This document shows, one piece after another, positions 34,903-43,117 of a stretch of DNA of 56,129 nucleotides. The translations under genes and the position numbers were made by a program. The stretch lies in IMG/VR virus record IMGVR_UViG_3300025892_000002; one strand, written 5' to 3'. The notes beneath the pieces are model-generated. The model saw only the letters and a program-made list of their open reading frames with translations, was not told where the DNA came from and ran no database searches. Every line of letters begins with the position of its first letter. The stretch's first letter is position 1. The stretch comes from a virus.

Positions 34903-35459
34903 ACATATTTGTATTAGACAAAGACCCTATCATATCTGCACAGATGCAATGTGATAAGCACATAGTAAAGATGCCATTAGAAACTGCACAGATGTTGTGT
35001 TCTGTATGGCATAGGTATGGTTCAGCAGATAGAGTACCATACAAGGAAGCACATAGAAACCACCCATGTACACTATGGGCAGGAGATGATGCACATAATT
35101 ATGATTGGCTATGGAGACATGGCATGGAGCTATGCTTTGAGTACACCAGAAGGTATAACAATATACACAAGTGCCAAGCTATTATCATGGACTTAACAAT
35201 AGATAATGTTGGCTTTGCTTTTGAACACATGAGCAGACAAGGTACACCACACCCACTATGTATGCCAGATGTACATAAAGAAGAAGATAATGCTGTATTA
35301 TCATACAGAAGATACTATGCTAATGATAAGAAAGATATAGCTAAGTGGGAGAAGACAAGACCTATGCCAGATTGGTATGCTAGTGGTGCGTATAAGATAG
35401 ATGTTGACTTTGATATTATGGGACAAGAGTTTGCAAACTTAGGTGCGTATGATGGATAA
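34899..35459 (+). CDS. Conserved viral protein, 186 aa, with an N-terminal D-K-H-x2-K-M-x-L-E-x-A-Q motif (possibly DenV/pyrimidine-dimer-glycosylase-related)
   Basis: MNIFVLDKDPIISAQMQCDKHIVKMPLETAQML...HRNHPCTLW...NYDWL; family membership recalled only loosely. Confidence 0.3.
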   Translation: MNIFVLDKDPIISAQMQCDKHIVKMPLETAQMLCSVWHRYGSADRVPYKEAHRNHPCTLWAGDDAHNYDWLWRHGMELCFEYTRRYNNIHKCQAIIMDLTIDNVGFAFEHMSRQGTPHPLCMPDVHKEEDNAVLSYRRYYANDKKDIAKWEKTRPMPDWYASGAYKIDVDFDIMGQEFANLGAYDG

Positions 35460-35464
35460 TAAAC

Positions 35465-35493
35465 TTGACATGTTTCAAGAAGTAATGTAAGGT
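35465..35493 (+). promoter_or_regulatory. Possible promoter TTGACA-N17-TAAGGT (the -10 may instead be the RBS)
   Basis: TTGACA 35465-70. TAAGGT 35488-93 lies only 7 nt from ATG 35500, so this is either a leaderless transcript or a chance TTGACA. Confidence 0.25.
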
Positions 35494-35499
35494 ACGAAC

Positions 35500-35700
35500 A
35501 TGAATAAAAACTTTGTAATAGCTTTTATATCTCAAGATAAAGATATTATATTAGAACCATTAGCAAAGTTCAATGGTGATGTTATGTATTTTAAATCTTC
35601 ACATGATGCAAGAGATTATATAGAAAAGTTATATGTTAATAGTGGAGTTGATGCTGTAGAATATGATGATGATGGTTTAGAAATAATAAGAGTTCAATAG
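35500..35700 (+). CDS. Early/middle protein, 66 aa
   Basis: ORF ends directly at palindrome copy 5. Confidence 0.5.
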   Translation: MNKNFVIAFISQDKDIILEPLAKFNGDVMYFKSSHDARDYIEKLYVNSGVDAVEYDDDGLEIIRVQ

Positions 35701-35714
35701 GGTGACTAGTCACC
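35701..35714. promoter_or_regulatory. Palindrome GGTGACTAGTCACC, copy 5
   Basis: Begins the base after the stop at 35700; 19 nt upstream of ATG 35734. Confidence 0.8.
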
Positions 35715-35733
35715 TTGCAACAAGGAGAAACAA

Positions 35734-35898
35734 ATGGCACAAACAGAATTAGATGTGTTACGTAGAAATGTAAAAGAATTACAGATGCAATTACGTGATG
35801 CTCATATACGTATTAAACATCTTCAAGAAATTAAATGGGCAGAAAGAGCTAATGAAAATCCTGATGCTTTACATATAAAAGGAGATAAAGATGAGTGA
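35734..35898 (+). CDS. Unlisted coiled-coil ORF, 54 aa (MAQTELDVLRRNVKELQMQLRDAHIRIKHLQEIKW...)
   Basis: AAGGAGAAA RBS; hand-translated to TGA 35896-98. Confidence 0.5.
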   Translation: MAQTELDVLRRNVKELQMQLRDAHIRIKHLQEIKWAERANENPDALHIKGDKDE

Positions 35899-36253
35899 GA
35901 ATAAATTTACTGATTGGTTACATAAAGAATTACAACAACAACAAAAAGAAAAGGAAACTATAATGGCTAGAGCAATAAAAAAAGATGGTGCTATGATTTT
36001 AGATGAAGCACAAAAGAAACACTTACTAGATTTATTTAATGCAGGTAGAGAAGTTTTTGATGACTTTGATATTAGATTTGTTAGAGCATGGGATTTAAAA
36101 CAACTTGAAGATTTAATAGATGATATGAAAGATGCCTTTGGTATAGCACCTAAACTATCTGAATATAAACATGATGATGGTAGTGATATGCCTGCACATT
36201 TTCAAGACCACGTATGGTCTGATGACCCAAGAGCATACAAAAGAAAGGACTAA
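35891..36253 (+). CDS. Protein, 120 aa, unknown function
   Basis: AAAGGAGATAAAG RBS; 8-nt overlap with the previous ORF. Confidence 0.5.
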   Translation: MSENKFTDWLHKELQQQQKEKETIMARAIKKDGAMILDEAQKKHLLDLFNAGREVFDDFDIRFVRAWDLKQLEDLIDDMKDAFGIAPKLSEYKHDDGSDMPAHFQDHVWSDDPRAYKRKD

Positions 36254-36254
36254 T

Positions 36255-36443
36255 ATGCCTATTAATTTATGGGATAAAGAATATAATAAAATATATAAAG
36301 AACTTCTACGTGAGTATCTTGATGATGGTTACGATTTAAATGAAGCAGAACGTAATGCTAAAAGAGATGCTAAAGAAATGATGAAAGACCAACTTGACTT
36401 TGTTGAAGACTTATGGGACAAAGCATTTAAAGATTTGGAGTAA
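36255..36443 (+). CDS. Protein, 62 aa (MPINLWDKEY...)
   Basis: ATG 36255 follows the stop at 36253; the track start 36171 would overlap by 83 nt. Confidence 0.45.
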   Translation: MPINLWDKEYNKIYKELLREYLDDGYDLNEAERNAKRDAKEMMKDQLDFVEDLWDKAFKDLE

Positions 36444-36447
36444 TGAT

Positions 36448-38088
36448 GTGGATAATAAATTAATAAGTAAAGGAGCATGCTCCAAGTGTGGTTCAAGTGA
36501 TGCAAGGGCAATCTATTCAGATGGTCATAGCTATTGTTATTCATGTGAAACAAGATTTAAAAAAGGAAATGATATGGAAACTGAGAAAATAATACCTATA
36601 AGACTAGAGAATGCTATCAAGACTTTTGGTACACTAGGTGCGTTGAGTGAACGTAGTATTCTTAAAGAGACAGCACATAAATATAATACAGATGTTAAAG
36701 TAAAAGGTAGTATGAACACACATCATATCTATAAATACTTTGATGAAGGTGGTAACAACATAGCTAATAAGGTACGTGAGGTAGCTACTAAAGATATGTG
36801 GTCTGAAGGTAATCTAACTAATGCAGGATTGTTTGGTCAGAATATCTTTGCACCTAAAGGAAAGTACATTACTATTACTGAAGGTGAAGTAGATGCTATG
36901 TCTGCCTACGAATTACTAGGTAGTAAGTGGGCATGTGTATCTATAAAGAATGGAGCACAGTCAGCACTACGTGATTGTAAGAAAGCATTTGAATATCTTG
37001 ATAGCTTTGACCAGATAGTTATATCCTTTGATATGGATAAGCAAGGAAGAGAAGCAAGTGAGAAGGTAGCCCAACTCTTTTCACCTAACAAGTGTAAGGT
37101 CATGCACATGGAACATAAAGATGCTAACGAATATCTCAAGATGAATAAACGTGAGCAGTTCTCAAGAGCATGGTGGAATGCAAAGACTTATACTCCTGCA
37201 GGTATAGTAAACTTAAAAGAGTTAAAGGATACTTTGTTTGAAGAAGAGTATTGTGAGACTGTACTATTTCCTTGGGCTAAACTTAATGAGAAGACCTATG
37301 GTATGCGTACTGGTGAGCTGATTACTTTAACATCAGGTGCAGGTATGGGTAAGAGTTCTATCATGCGTGAGTTGATGCATCATATGTTAAAGAATACAAA
37401 AGATAATGTAGGTATCCTAGCACTAGAAGAGAACACAAAGAACACAGCATTTAATATTATGTCTGTTGAAGCTAATGCAAGACTCTATATTAATGAGATA
37501 CGTAAGAAGTATAGTCAAGACAAATTAGATAAATGGTTTGATGATACTATAGGTACTGGTAGGTTCTTTGCCTTTGACCATTTTGGTTCTACATCTAATG
37601 ATGAGATACTTGCAAGGGTTAGGTTCATGGCACAAGCATTGGATTGCAAGTGGATATTCCTAGACCATCTCTCTATCCTAGTATCAGGTCAGGAAGAAGG
37701 AGATGAAAGAAAATCTATTGATGTACTGATGACTAAGCTACGTTCATTAGTAGAGCAGACAGGTGTAGGATTACTATTAGTATCCCATCTACGTAGACCT
37801 TCAGGTGATGCAGGACATGAGAATGGTAAAGAGATTACTCTCTCACATCTACGTGGCTCTGCATCTATAGCACATCTATCTGATAGTGTGATAGGATTAG
37901 AACGTAATCAACAAGCAGATGATGAGGTAGCTTCTAACACTACCACCATACGTATTCTAAAGAATAGATATACTGGTGAGACAGGTGTAGCTACACATCT
38001 TTACTATGATAAAGAGACTGGTCGTATGAAAGAGATTGACAATCCTTACGAAATAGATAATAACAATGGAGAGGAGGCACCATTTTAA
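36448..38088 (+). CDS. Bifunctional primase-helicase, T7 gp4-like
   Basis: Zn ribbon CSKCGSSD...CYSC, TOPRIM EGEVDAMS/DMDKQG, Walker A GAGMGKSS, DnaB-type FLDHLS. GTG 36448 with GGAG 7 nt upstream is preferred; the in-frame ATG 36394 (track) is the alternative. Confidence 0.85.
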   Translation: MDNKLISKGACSKCGSSDARAIYSDGHSYCYSCETRFKKGNDMETEKIIPIRLENAIKTFGTLGALSERSILKETAHKYNTDVKVKGSMNTHHIYKYFDEGGNNIANKVREVATKDMWSEGNLTNAGLFGQNIFAPKGKYITITEGEVDAMSAYELLGSKWACVSIKNGAQSALRDCKKAFEYLDSFDQIVISFDMDKQGREASEKVAQLFSPNKCKVMHMEHKDANEYLKMNKREQFSRAWWNAKTYTPAGIVNLKELKDTLFEEEYCETVLFPWAKLNEKTYGMRTGELITLTSGAGMGKSSIMRELMHHMLKNTKDNVGILALEENTKNTAFNIMSVEANARLYINEIRKKYSQDKLDKWFDDTIGTGRFFAFDHFGSTSNDEILARVRFMAQALDCKWIFLDHLSILVSGQEEGDERKSIDVLMTKLRSLVEQTGVGLLLVSHLRRPSGDAGHENGKEITLSHLRGSASIAHLSDSVIGLERNQQADDEVASNTTTIRILKNRYTGETGVATHLYYDKETGRMKEIDNPYEIDNNNGEEAPF

Positions 38089-38423
38089 TGTGGAAACATT
38101 ATTGTCATACAGAACAAGAAGAGTTAGAAGTAGGTAATGGTGAAGAGTGTAACTGGTGTGGACTAGATGCTGAAGCTGTCTCTATAGATGGTTTTGATAA
38201 AGCTATTATAGGAAAAGGAGAACAATTTAATTCACCACCTTTACTTGTATATTCTTATAGTAGGATATGTAAGATACTAAGAGAAAGAGATGGTATGTCT
38301 TGGGAAGAAGCAGACGAATATGCTCAGTTTAATATTACTAATGTATGGGTAGGTGATAGAACTCCCATGATATTATATAATGAGTATTGGTATGATTGGA
38401 AAGATGATGAGAGCAATAGTTGA
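38088..38423 (+). CDS. Conserved small replication-module protein, 111 aa
   Basis: TAATG overlap at 38088; lies between helicase and polymerase. Confidence 0.5.
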   Translation: MWKHYCHTEQEELEVGNGEECNWCGLDAEAVSIDGFDKAIIGKGEQFNSPPLLVYSYSRICKILRERDGMSWEEADEYAQFNITNVWVGDRTPMILYNEYWYDWKDDESNS

Positions 38424-40038
38424 TATAGAAACAGACAGCTTGAATGCAACTAAGGTTCATTGTATTGTGGCTAAAGACATAGACTCAGGGAGGGTTTATC
38501 CTTTTCCTCCAGACTTGGTAACTGAGTTCAAGTCTTGGGCACAAGGTGTCAAGCAATTTATTATGCATAATGGTTTATCTTTTGATGCACCTGTGTGTAA
38601 TAGATTGCTAGGTACTAACATTAAACCTGATCAAGTTTTAGATACACTTGTATTGTCTCAGTTGTTTTATCCTATACGTGATGGTCATTCTTTAAAAGCA
38701 TGGGGAGAGAGACTAGGCTTTCCTAAAGGAGATGTTGATACCTTTGAAGTGTACACACCAGACATGTTAGAGTATTGTAAACAAGATGTTAATATAACAC
38801 ATCAGTTATTAAATGAGATGAAGAAAGAAGGAAAAAACTTTTCACCTTATTCTATTAAGATAGAACATGATGTAAGAGTTATAGTAAACAAACAAGAACG
38901 TAATGGTTTTTATTTAGACATGAAAAAAACTATGAACTTATTAAATCTTTTACAAGATGAAGCAACTGAATTAGTTACGTGGTCTGTTAAACATTTTGAT
39001 CCTACTGTAGTAGAGTTAGTAACAAAAACAAAATACATACCATTTAATATAGGTTCAAGACAACAGATAGCAGATAGATTATCTAAAATAGGATGGAAAC
39101 CTAAACAACATACAGATAAAGGTAATATCATTATTAATGAAGCTGTATTAGATACAATAGATATGCCTGAAGCAAGAAAGTTCTCTAGGTATTTTCTATT
39201 ACAGAAACGTATAGCACAAATTAAGTCATGGATAAAAGCATGTGATGATAATGATGGTAGAGTACATGGTAGAGTAATGACACTTAAAACTATTACTGGT
39301 CGTATGTCTCACAACTCTCCTAACATGGCACAAATACCTGCAGTACGTTCACCTTATGGTAAAGAGTGTAGAGATTGTTGGACAGTAGAAGATACCTCTA
39401 CTCATTCTATTGTAGGTACTGATGCTAGTGGATTAGAGTTAAGATGTTTAGCTCACTACATGAATGATACTACATTTACAGACATACTATTAACAGGTGA
39501 TATACATACACACAACATGAAGATGGCAGGTCTAACTGATAGAGACCAGGCAAAGACTTTTATATATGCCTTTATGTATGGAGCAGGTGCTGCTAAAATA
39601 GGAAAGATAGTAGGAGAAGGTGCTAAAGAAGGACAAAGATTAATAGATAATTTCTTATCAAGTATGACAGCTTTAAAAAGAGTACGTGATGGTGTAACTA
39701 AAGCATCAGCTAAAGGAAAGATTAAAGGTATAGATGGTAGATTACTACATATACGTAGTGCACATAGTGCATTGAATACTTTATTACAAGGAGCAGGAGC
39801 AGTTGTATGTAAGATATGGCTTATTAATATAATGACAAGAGTAAGAACACTAGGGCTTGATGCTAAACTTGTAGCTAGTATTCATGATGAGTATCAGTTT
39901 GAAGTTCTAAACACAGATGTTAAAAAGTTTGGACAGATAACTAAAGATGCTATGAAAGATACAGAGAAAGAGCTACACATGAAGTGTCCTCTTGATAGTG
40001 AATGGAAGGTAGGTAAGACATGGGCAGAGACACACTAA
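38380..40038 (+). CDS. Family A DNA polymerase with 3'-5' exonuclease domain, T7-like
   Basis: Exo motifs DIETDS, NGLSFD, YCKQD. Pol motif A DASGLELR, motif B RDQAKTFIYAFMYG (Tyr at the T7 Y526-equivalent position), motif C IHDEY. Start uncertain (38380 or 38404/38407). Confidence 0.9.
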   Translation: MSIGMIGKMMRAIVDIETDSLNATKVHCIVAKDIDSGRVYPFPPDLVTEFKSWAQGVKQFIMHNGLSFDAPVCNRLLGTNIKPDQVLDTLVLSQLFYPIRDGHSLKAWGERLGFPKGDVDTFEVYTPDMLEYCKQDVNITHQLLNEMKKEGKNFSPYSIKIEHDVRVIVNKQERNGFYLDMKKTMNLLNLLQDEATELVTWSVKHFDPTVVELVTKTKYIPFNIGSRQQIADRLSKIGWKPKQHTDKGNIIINEAVLDTIDMPEARKFSRYFLLQKRIAQIKSWIKACDDNDGRVHGRVMTLKTITGRMSHNSPNMAQIPAVRSPYGKECRDCWTVEDTSTHSIVGTDASGLELRCLAHYMNDTTFTDILLTGDIHTHNMKMAGLTDRDQAKTFIYAFMYGAGAAKIGKIVGEGAKEGQRLIDNFLSSMTALKRVRDGVTKASAKGKIKGIDGRLLHIRSAHSALNTLLQGAGAVVCKIWLINIMTRVRTLGLDAKLVASIHDEYQFEVLNTDVKKFGQITKDAMKDTEKELHMKCPLDSEWKVGKTWAETH

Positions 40039-40514
40039 ACGAACAGTTAATATTATTTCCATACGAGAAAGATATTGTTTATGATTTGGAAACAGATACC
40101 AGAGAATGCAAAGACTGTAAAAAAACTTTACCATTTAAGAACTTTCCAATTAAAAGTTTTATGACTGATAATTTGGGAATATTATCAAGAGTTTGTAAGA
40201 GTTGCGAATCAAAAAGAAATTCAAAGTATAAGCAAAGAAGAAGGGAAGTTAAACTTCCTGAAGAAAATTACTGTTGTCCTGTATGTTTAAGAAATGAAAA
40301 ACAATTAAAAACAAATAAAATAGTTGTAGATGTTTCTACTTATAAACCTAGAGAACATAAATCTAAAAGAAAAAATGTGTGGTGTTTAGATCACGATCAT
40401 ATAACAGGTAAGATTAGAGGGTGGTTATGTAACTCCTGCAATGTTTCTAAAGGAAGTATAGGAGATGATTTAGAATCAGCAGAAAGATTAGTAAAATATT
40501 ATAAAGGAGAATAA
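40020..40514 (+). CDS. Endonuclease VII/HNH-type free-standing endonuclease, 164 aa
   Basis: CCPVC...WCLDHDHITGKIRGWLCNSCNVSKG matches the T4 EndoVII-family motif; overlaps the polymerase 3' end by 19 nt. Confidence 0.75.
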   Translation: MGRDTLNEQLILFPYEKDIVYDLETDTRECKDCKKTLPFKNFPIKSFMTDNLGILSRVCKSCESKRNSKYKQRRREVKLPEENYCCPVCLRNEKQLKTNKIVVDVSTYKPREHKSKRKNVWCLDHDHITGKIRGWLCNSCNVSKGSIGDDLESAERLVKYYKGE

Positions 40515-40515
40515 C

Positions 40516-41577
40516 ATGGAAGTTAAAGAATTTAAAGGAAGAAAAGATCATGCTCAGTATATAACAAGAGGTATACAGGTAGAAAATAACTTTATAAAGA
40601 CTGTTAAAGAGCATGGATATACAGTTGAGATAGCTGATGATAACACTAACATATATAAACATATAGATTTATATCTTACTAAAGATAACAAGACAGTTAG
40701 TGTAGATGTAAAGGCTAGAAGAACAGGTAATAAACAAAGAGTTTTTGATGACGCATGGATTGTTGTTGAGTTTCTAAATACAATAGGTAAGAAAGGTTGG
40801 CTTTATGGTGACTGTGATTACTTTGTATTTGAAAGAGAGCATGACTATGTATGGTGTATCGCAAAAGAGTTAGTAGAATTAACTGACAAAGTTGTAGATA
40901 AAAGCACTAGAGTAGAAAGCTACAGAGATGCTAACTACAAAACATGGGGTAGAAAACATCAAGGAAAACAAGACCTTATCTCAAGAATTGAGATGAGTTA
41001 TATATTAAAACTAAATAATACATTTATTATGAATAAAACTCTTGACAATATTAAAGAGCCATGTCATAATTCTTTTATTAATAAACAGAAAAGGAGTACA
41101 CGTATGAGTGTAATACAAGGAACAGCTAACTGGGCACATATAATTAAACCTAACTTTAAATTTAAAGAGGAAGGTGAATGGAGTATTGATGTATGTAACC
41201 TTGACGAAAAGAATACTGCTATAGCTCAGAAAGATGGGCTATCTATTAAGAATAAAGGTGATGAGAATGGTAACTTTGTTACTATAAAAGCTAAGACTAC
41301 ATGGGGTAAAACAGGAGAGAAGAAAGATCCACCTAAAGTTGTAGGTGCTGACAAGCTTCCTTTTACAGAAGCTAAAGTTGGTAATGGTTCATTAGTTAAT
41401 GTAAAGTACACTACGTATGAGCATAAACCTTATGGTACATTTGGTGACTTGAAAGCAGTAATGATTGTAAACTTTGTTCCTGCACCTGAGTCATTAGATG
41501 ATGACATGCTTAGTGACTTTGATGTAGTTGAAGATGGATATAAAAGCAAGCAAGATGCTGACTTAGATTTTGCATAA
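40516..41577 (+). CDS. 353-codon ORF: N-terminal PD-(D/E)XK (Hjc-like) nuclease domain continuing in frame into the SSB
   Basis: Nuclease motif HIDLY...VSVDVKAR...E; no stop codon before the SSB start at 41104. Confidence 0.6.
   Translation: MEVKEFKGRKDHAQYITRGIQVENNFIKTVKEHGYTVEIADDNTNIYKHIDLYLTKDNKTVSVDVKARRTGNKQRVFDDAWIVVEFLNTIGKKGWLYGDCDYFVFEREHDYVWCIAKELVELTDKVVDKSTRVESYRDANYKTWGRKHQGKQDLISRIEMSYILKLNNTFIMNKTLDNIKEPCHNSFINKQKRSTRMSVIQGTANWAHIIKPNFKFKEEGEWSIDVCNLDEKNTAIAQKDGLSIKNKGDENGNFVTIKAKTTWGKTGEKKDPPKVVGADKLPFTEAKVGNGSLVNVKYTTYEHKPYGTFGDLKAVMIVNFVPAPESLDDDMLSDFDVVEDGYKSKQDADLDFA
41042..41070 (+). promoter_or_regulatory. Promoter TTGACA-N17-CATAAT embedded in coding sequence upstream of the SSB start
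   Basis: TTGACA 41042-47, CATAAT 41065-70, then AAGGAG 41091-96 and ATG 41104. Confidence 0.55.
41104..41577 (+). CDS. T7 gp2.5-like single-stranded DNA-binding protein, 157 aa (internal start of the 353-codon ORF)
   Basis: MSVIQGTANWAHIIKPNFKF..., beta-rich OB-like body, acidic tail ...DDDMLSDFDVVEDGYKSKQDADLDFA. Confidence 0.65.
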   Translation: MSVIQGTANWAHIIKPNFKFKEEGEWSIDVCNLDEKNTAIAQKDGLSIKNKGDENGNFVTIKAKTTWGKTGEKKDPPKVVGADKLPFTEAKVGNGSLVNVKYTTYEHKPYGTFGDLKAVMIVNFVPAPESLDDDMLSDFDVVEDGYKSKQDADLDFA

Positions 41578-41594
41578 CAATTAAATAGGAAAGG

Positions 41595-41621
41595 ATGGGA
41601 AGGTATAGTTTATCTTCCCAT
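41595..41621 (+). terminator. Hairpin after the SSB gene (weak terminator or processing site)
   Basis: ATGGGAAG (41595-602) pairs with CTTCCCAT (41614-21), 11-nt loop, followed by TTCTATT. Confidence 0.35.
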
Positions 41622-41628
41622 TTCTATT

Positions 41629-42492
41629 ATGAAAACTATTGATACTTTAGTACAAGATATGTATGATTTATTTAATCCTCTTGTTGATTCAAATTTAAAA
41701 GAAGAAGAAGTTGATGCTCATCTAAACTCTTTTACAGAGAGTGTAAAGAAAACATTGAAAGGTTTACTTAATGAGAAACCTAGAGAAAGAGGTAGGCTAA
41801 GACTATCTGCTATAGGCAAACCTGCTAGACAATTATGGTATGAGAAAAATTCTAAAGAGGAACCTAAACCTTTAGAGTCTAACACAAGAATTAAATTTTT
41901 GTATGGTCATCTGTTAGAGGATGTCTTAATTCTTTTAGCTAGACTTTCTGGACATGTGGTAACTGACTTACAGAAACAAGTTAATGTACATGGTATTGTA
42001 GGACATCAAGACTGTGTGATAGATGGTGTATTGGTTGATTGTAAGAGTGCATCAGGTAAAAGTTTTCAAAAGTTTGCTAATGATAATCTAGCTACTGATG
42101 ATCCCTTTGGATACATAGCACAAATCTCTGCTTATGCTGAAGGTAATGGTGTAGATGAAGCTGCTTTTTTAGCTATAGATAAACAACATGGAAGCATCTG
42201 TTTAACTCGTGTTCATTCAATGGAGATGATTAATGTTAAAGAAAGAATTAAATATCTTAAAGAAACTGTTGAGAAAGACTCTCCACCAGACAGGTGTTAT
42301 AGTGATCTACCTGATGGGGCTAGTGGTAATCGTAAGCTTGCTATTGGTTGCTTGTACTGTTCGCACAATCGTACTTGTTGGAGTGATGCTAATGAAGGTA
42401 AGGGATTACGTGTCTTTAATTATTCAAATGGTAAGAGGTATCTTACACAAGTTAAAAAAGAACCTAATGTGGAGGAGATAACTGAATGGTAA
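41629..42492 (+). CDS. Cas4/RecB-family PD-(D/E)XK nuclease with Cys cluster, 287 aa
   Basis: GHLLED, GHQD, VDCK, QxxxY (YIAQISAY), and C-terminal C...CLYCSHNRTC (CX2CX5C). Confidence 0.65.
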   Translation: MKTIDTLVQDMYDLFNPLVDSNLKEEEVDAHLNSFTESVKKTLKGLLNEKPRERGRLRLSAIGKPARQLWYEKNSKEEPKPLESNTRIKFLYGHLLEDVLILLARLSGHVVTDLQKQVNVHGIVGHQDCVIDGVLVDCKSASGKSFQKFANDNLATDDPFGYIAQISAYAEGNGVDEAAFLAIDKQHGSICLTRVHSMEMINVKERIKYLKETVEKDSPPDRCYSDLPDGASGNRKLAIGCLYCSHNRTCWSDANEGKGLRVFNYSNGKRYLTQVKKEPNVEEITEW

Positions 42493-42899
42493 GTCATTGG
42501 GTTCAATATGGAACTAAAAAACTTTTTGTTCCTGACTTAGATAAGTTTGGATTTGTTTATATCATTACTAATTTACAAACAGAAAAGAAATATATAGGAT
42601 GTAAACAATACTTTATTGGCAAGTCAAAACGAGAATCAAGATGGCAATCTTATATGGGTTCTTCAAAATATTTAAAAGAAGATATAAAAAAAGTAGGTAA
42701 GAAAAATTTTAAGTTTGAAGTGATTGATGAATTTAAAAACAAAAGAAGTTTAAAGTACTATGAGTTAGCTTATCAAGTAAAGTATAATGTACTAACTGAT
42801 TGTGTTGAAGGTTCAGACAATAATAAATATTATAATAATTATATAGGTGGTAAATTTTTTAGACCTGTAGAAAGAAAGGAGGTAAAAAATGTCAATTAA
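42486..42899 (+). CDS. GIY-YIG endonuclease, 137 aa
   Basis: GFVYIITNLQTEKKYIGCK...YMGSS...E motifs. Confidence 0.75.
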   Translation: MVSHWVQYGTKKLFVPDLDKFGFVYIITNLQTEKKYIGCKQYFIGKSKRESRWQSYMGSSKYLKEDIKKVGKKNFKFEVIDEFKNKRSLKYYELAYQVKYNVLTDCVEGSDNNKYYNNYIGGKFFRPVERKEVKNVN

Positions 42900-43116
42900 A
42901 AAAGCAATGTACGACACAGCACTAGCTGAGTTTCAATCTCAAAGAGATAAAGCTATTACTAATGCACGTATATACTTAAAACATCCTAGTGGCATAGGAG
43001 AACATGGACAAGTAGTTGATGAATTTATTAAACAAGTAAAGTTAGCTGCTGAAGCAGACGAAGCTGCGTCTATGTTAATAGATACATTTAGAGATGAGAT
43101 AGCACAAGAAGAATAA
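42889..43116 (+). CDS. Small helical protein, 75 aa
   Basis: AAGGAGG RBS upstream. Confidence 0.5.
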   Translation: MSIKKAMYDTALAEFQSQRDKAITNARIYLKHPSGIGEHGQVVDEFIKQVKLAAEADEAASMLIDTFRDEIAQEE

Positions 43117-43117
43117 A

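Noticed and set aside
30060-35714. Reading the GGTGACTAGTCACC palindrome as a sigma54 (-24/-12) promoter or an intrinsic terminator
   Set aside because: The GG-to-GC spacing does not fit TGGCAC-N5-TTGC, and only one copy has TTGC downstream. As a hairpin, the loop is at most 4 nt and there is no U-tract.
42233-42481. 82-codon ORF in another frame of the Cas4-like nuclease gene
   Set aside because: It is fully nested in a gene whose frame carries conserved nuclease motifs.
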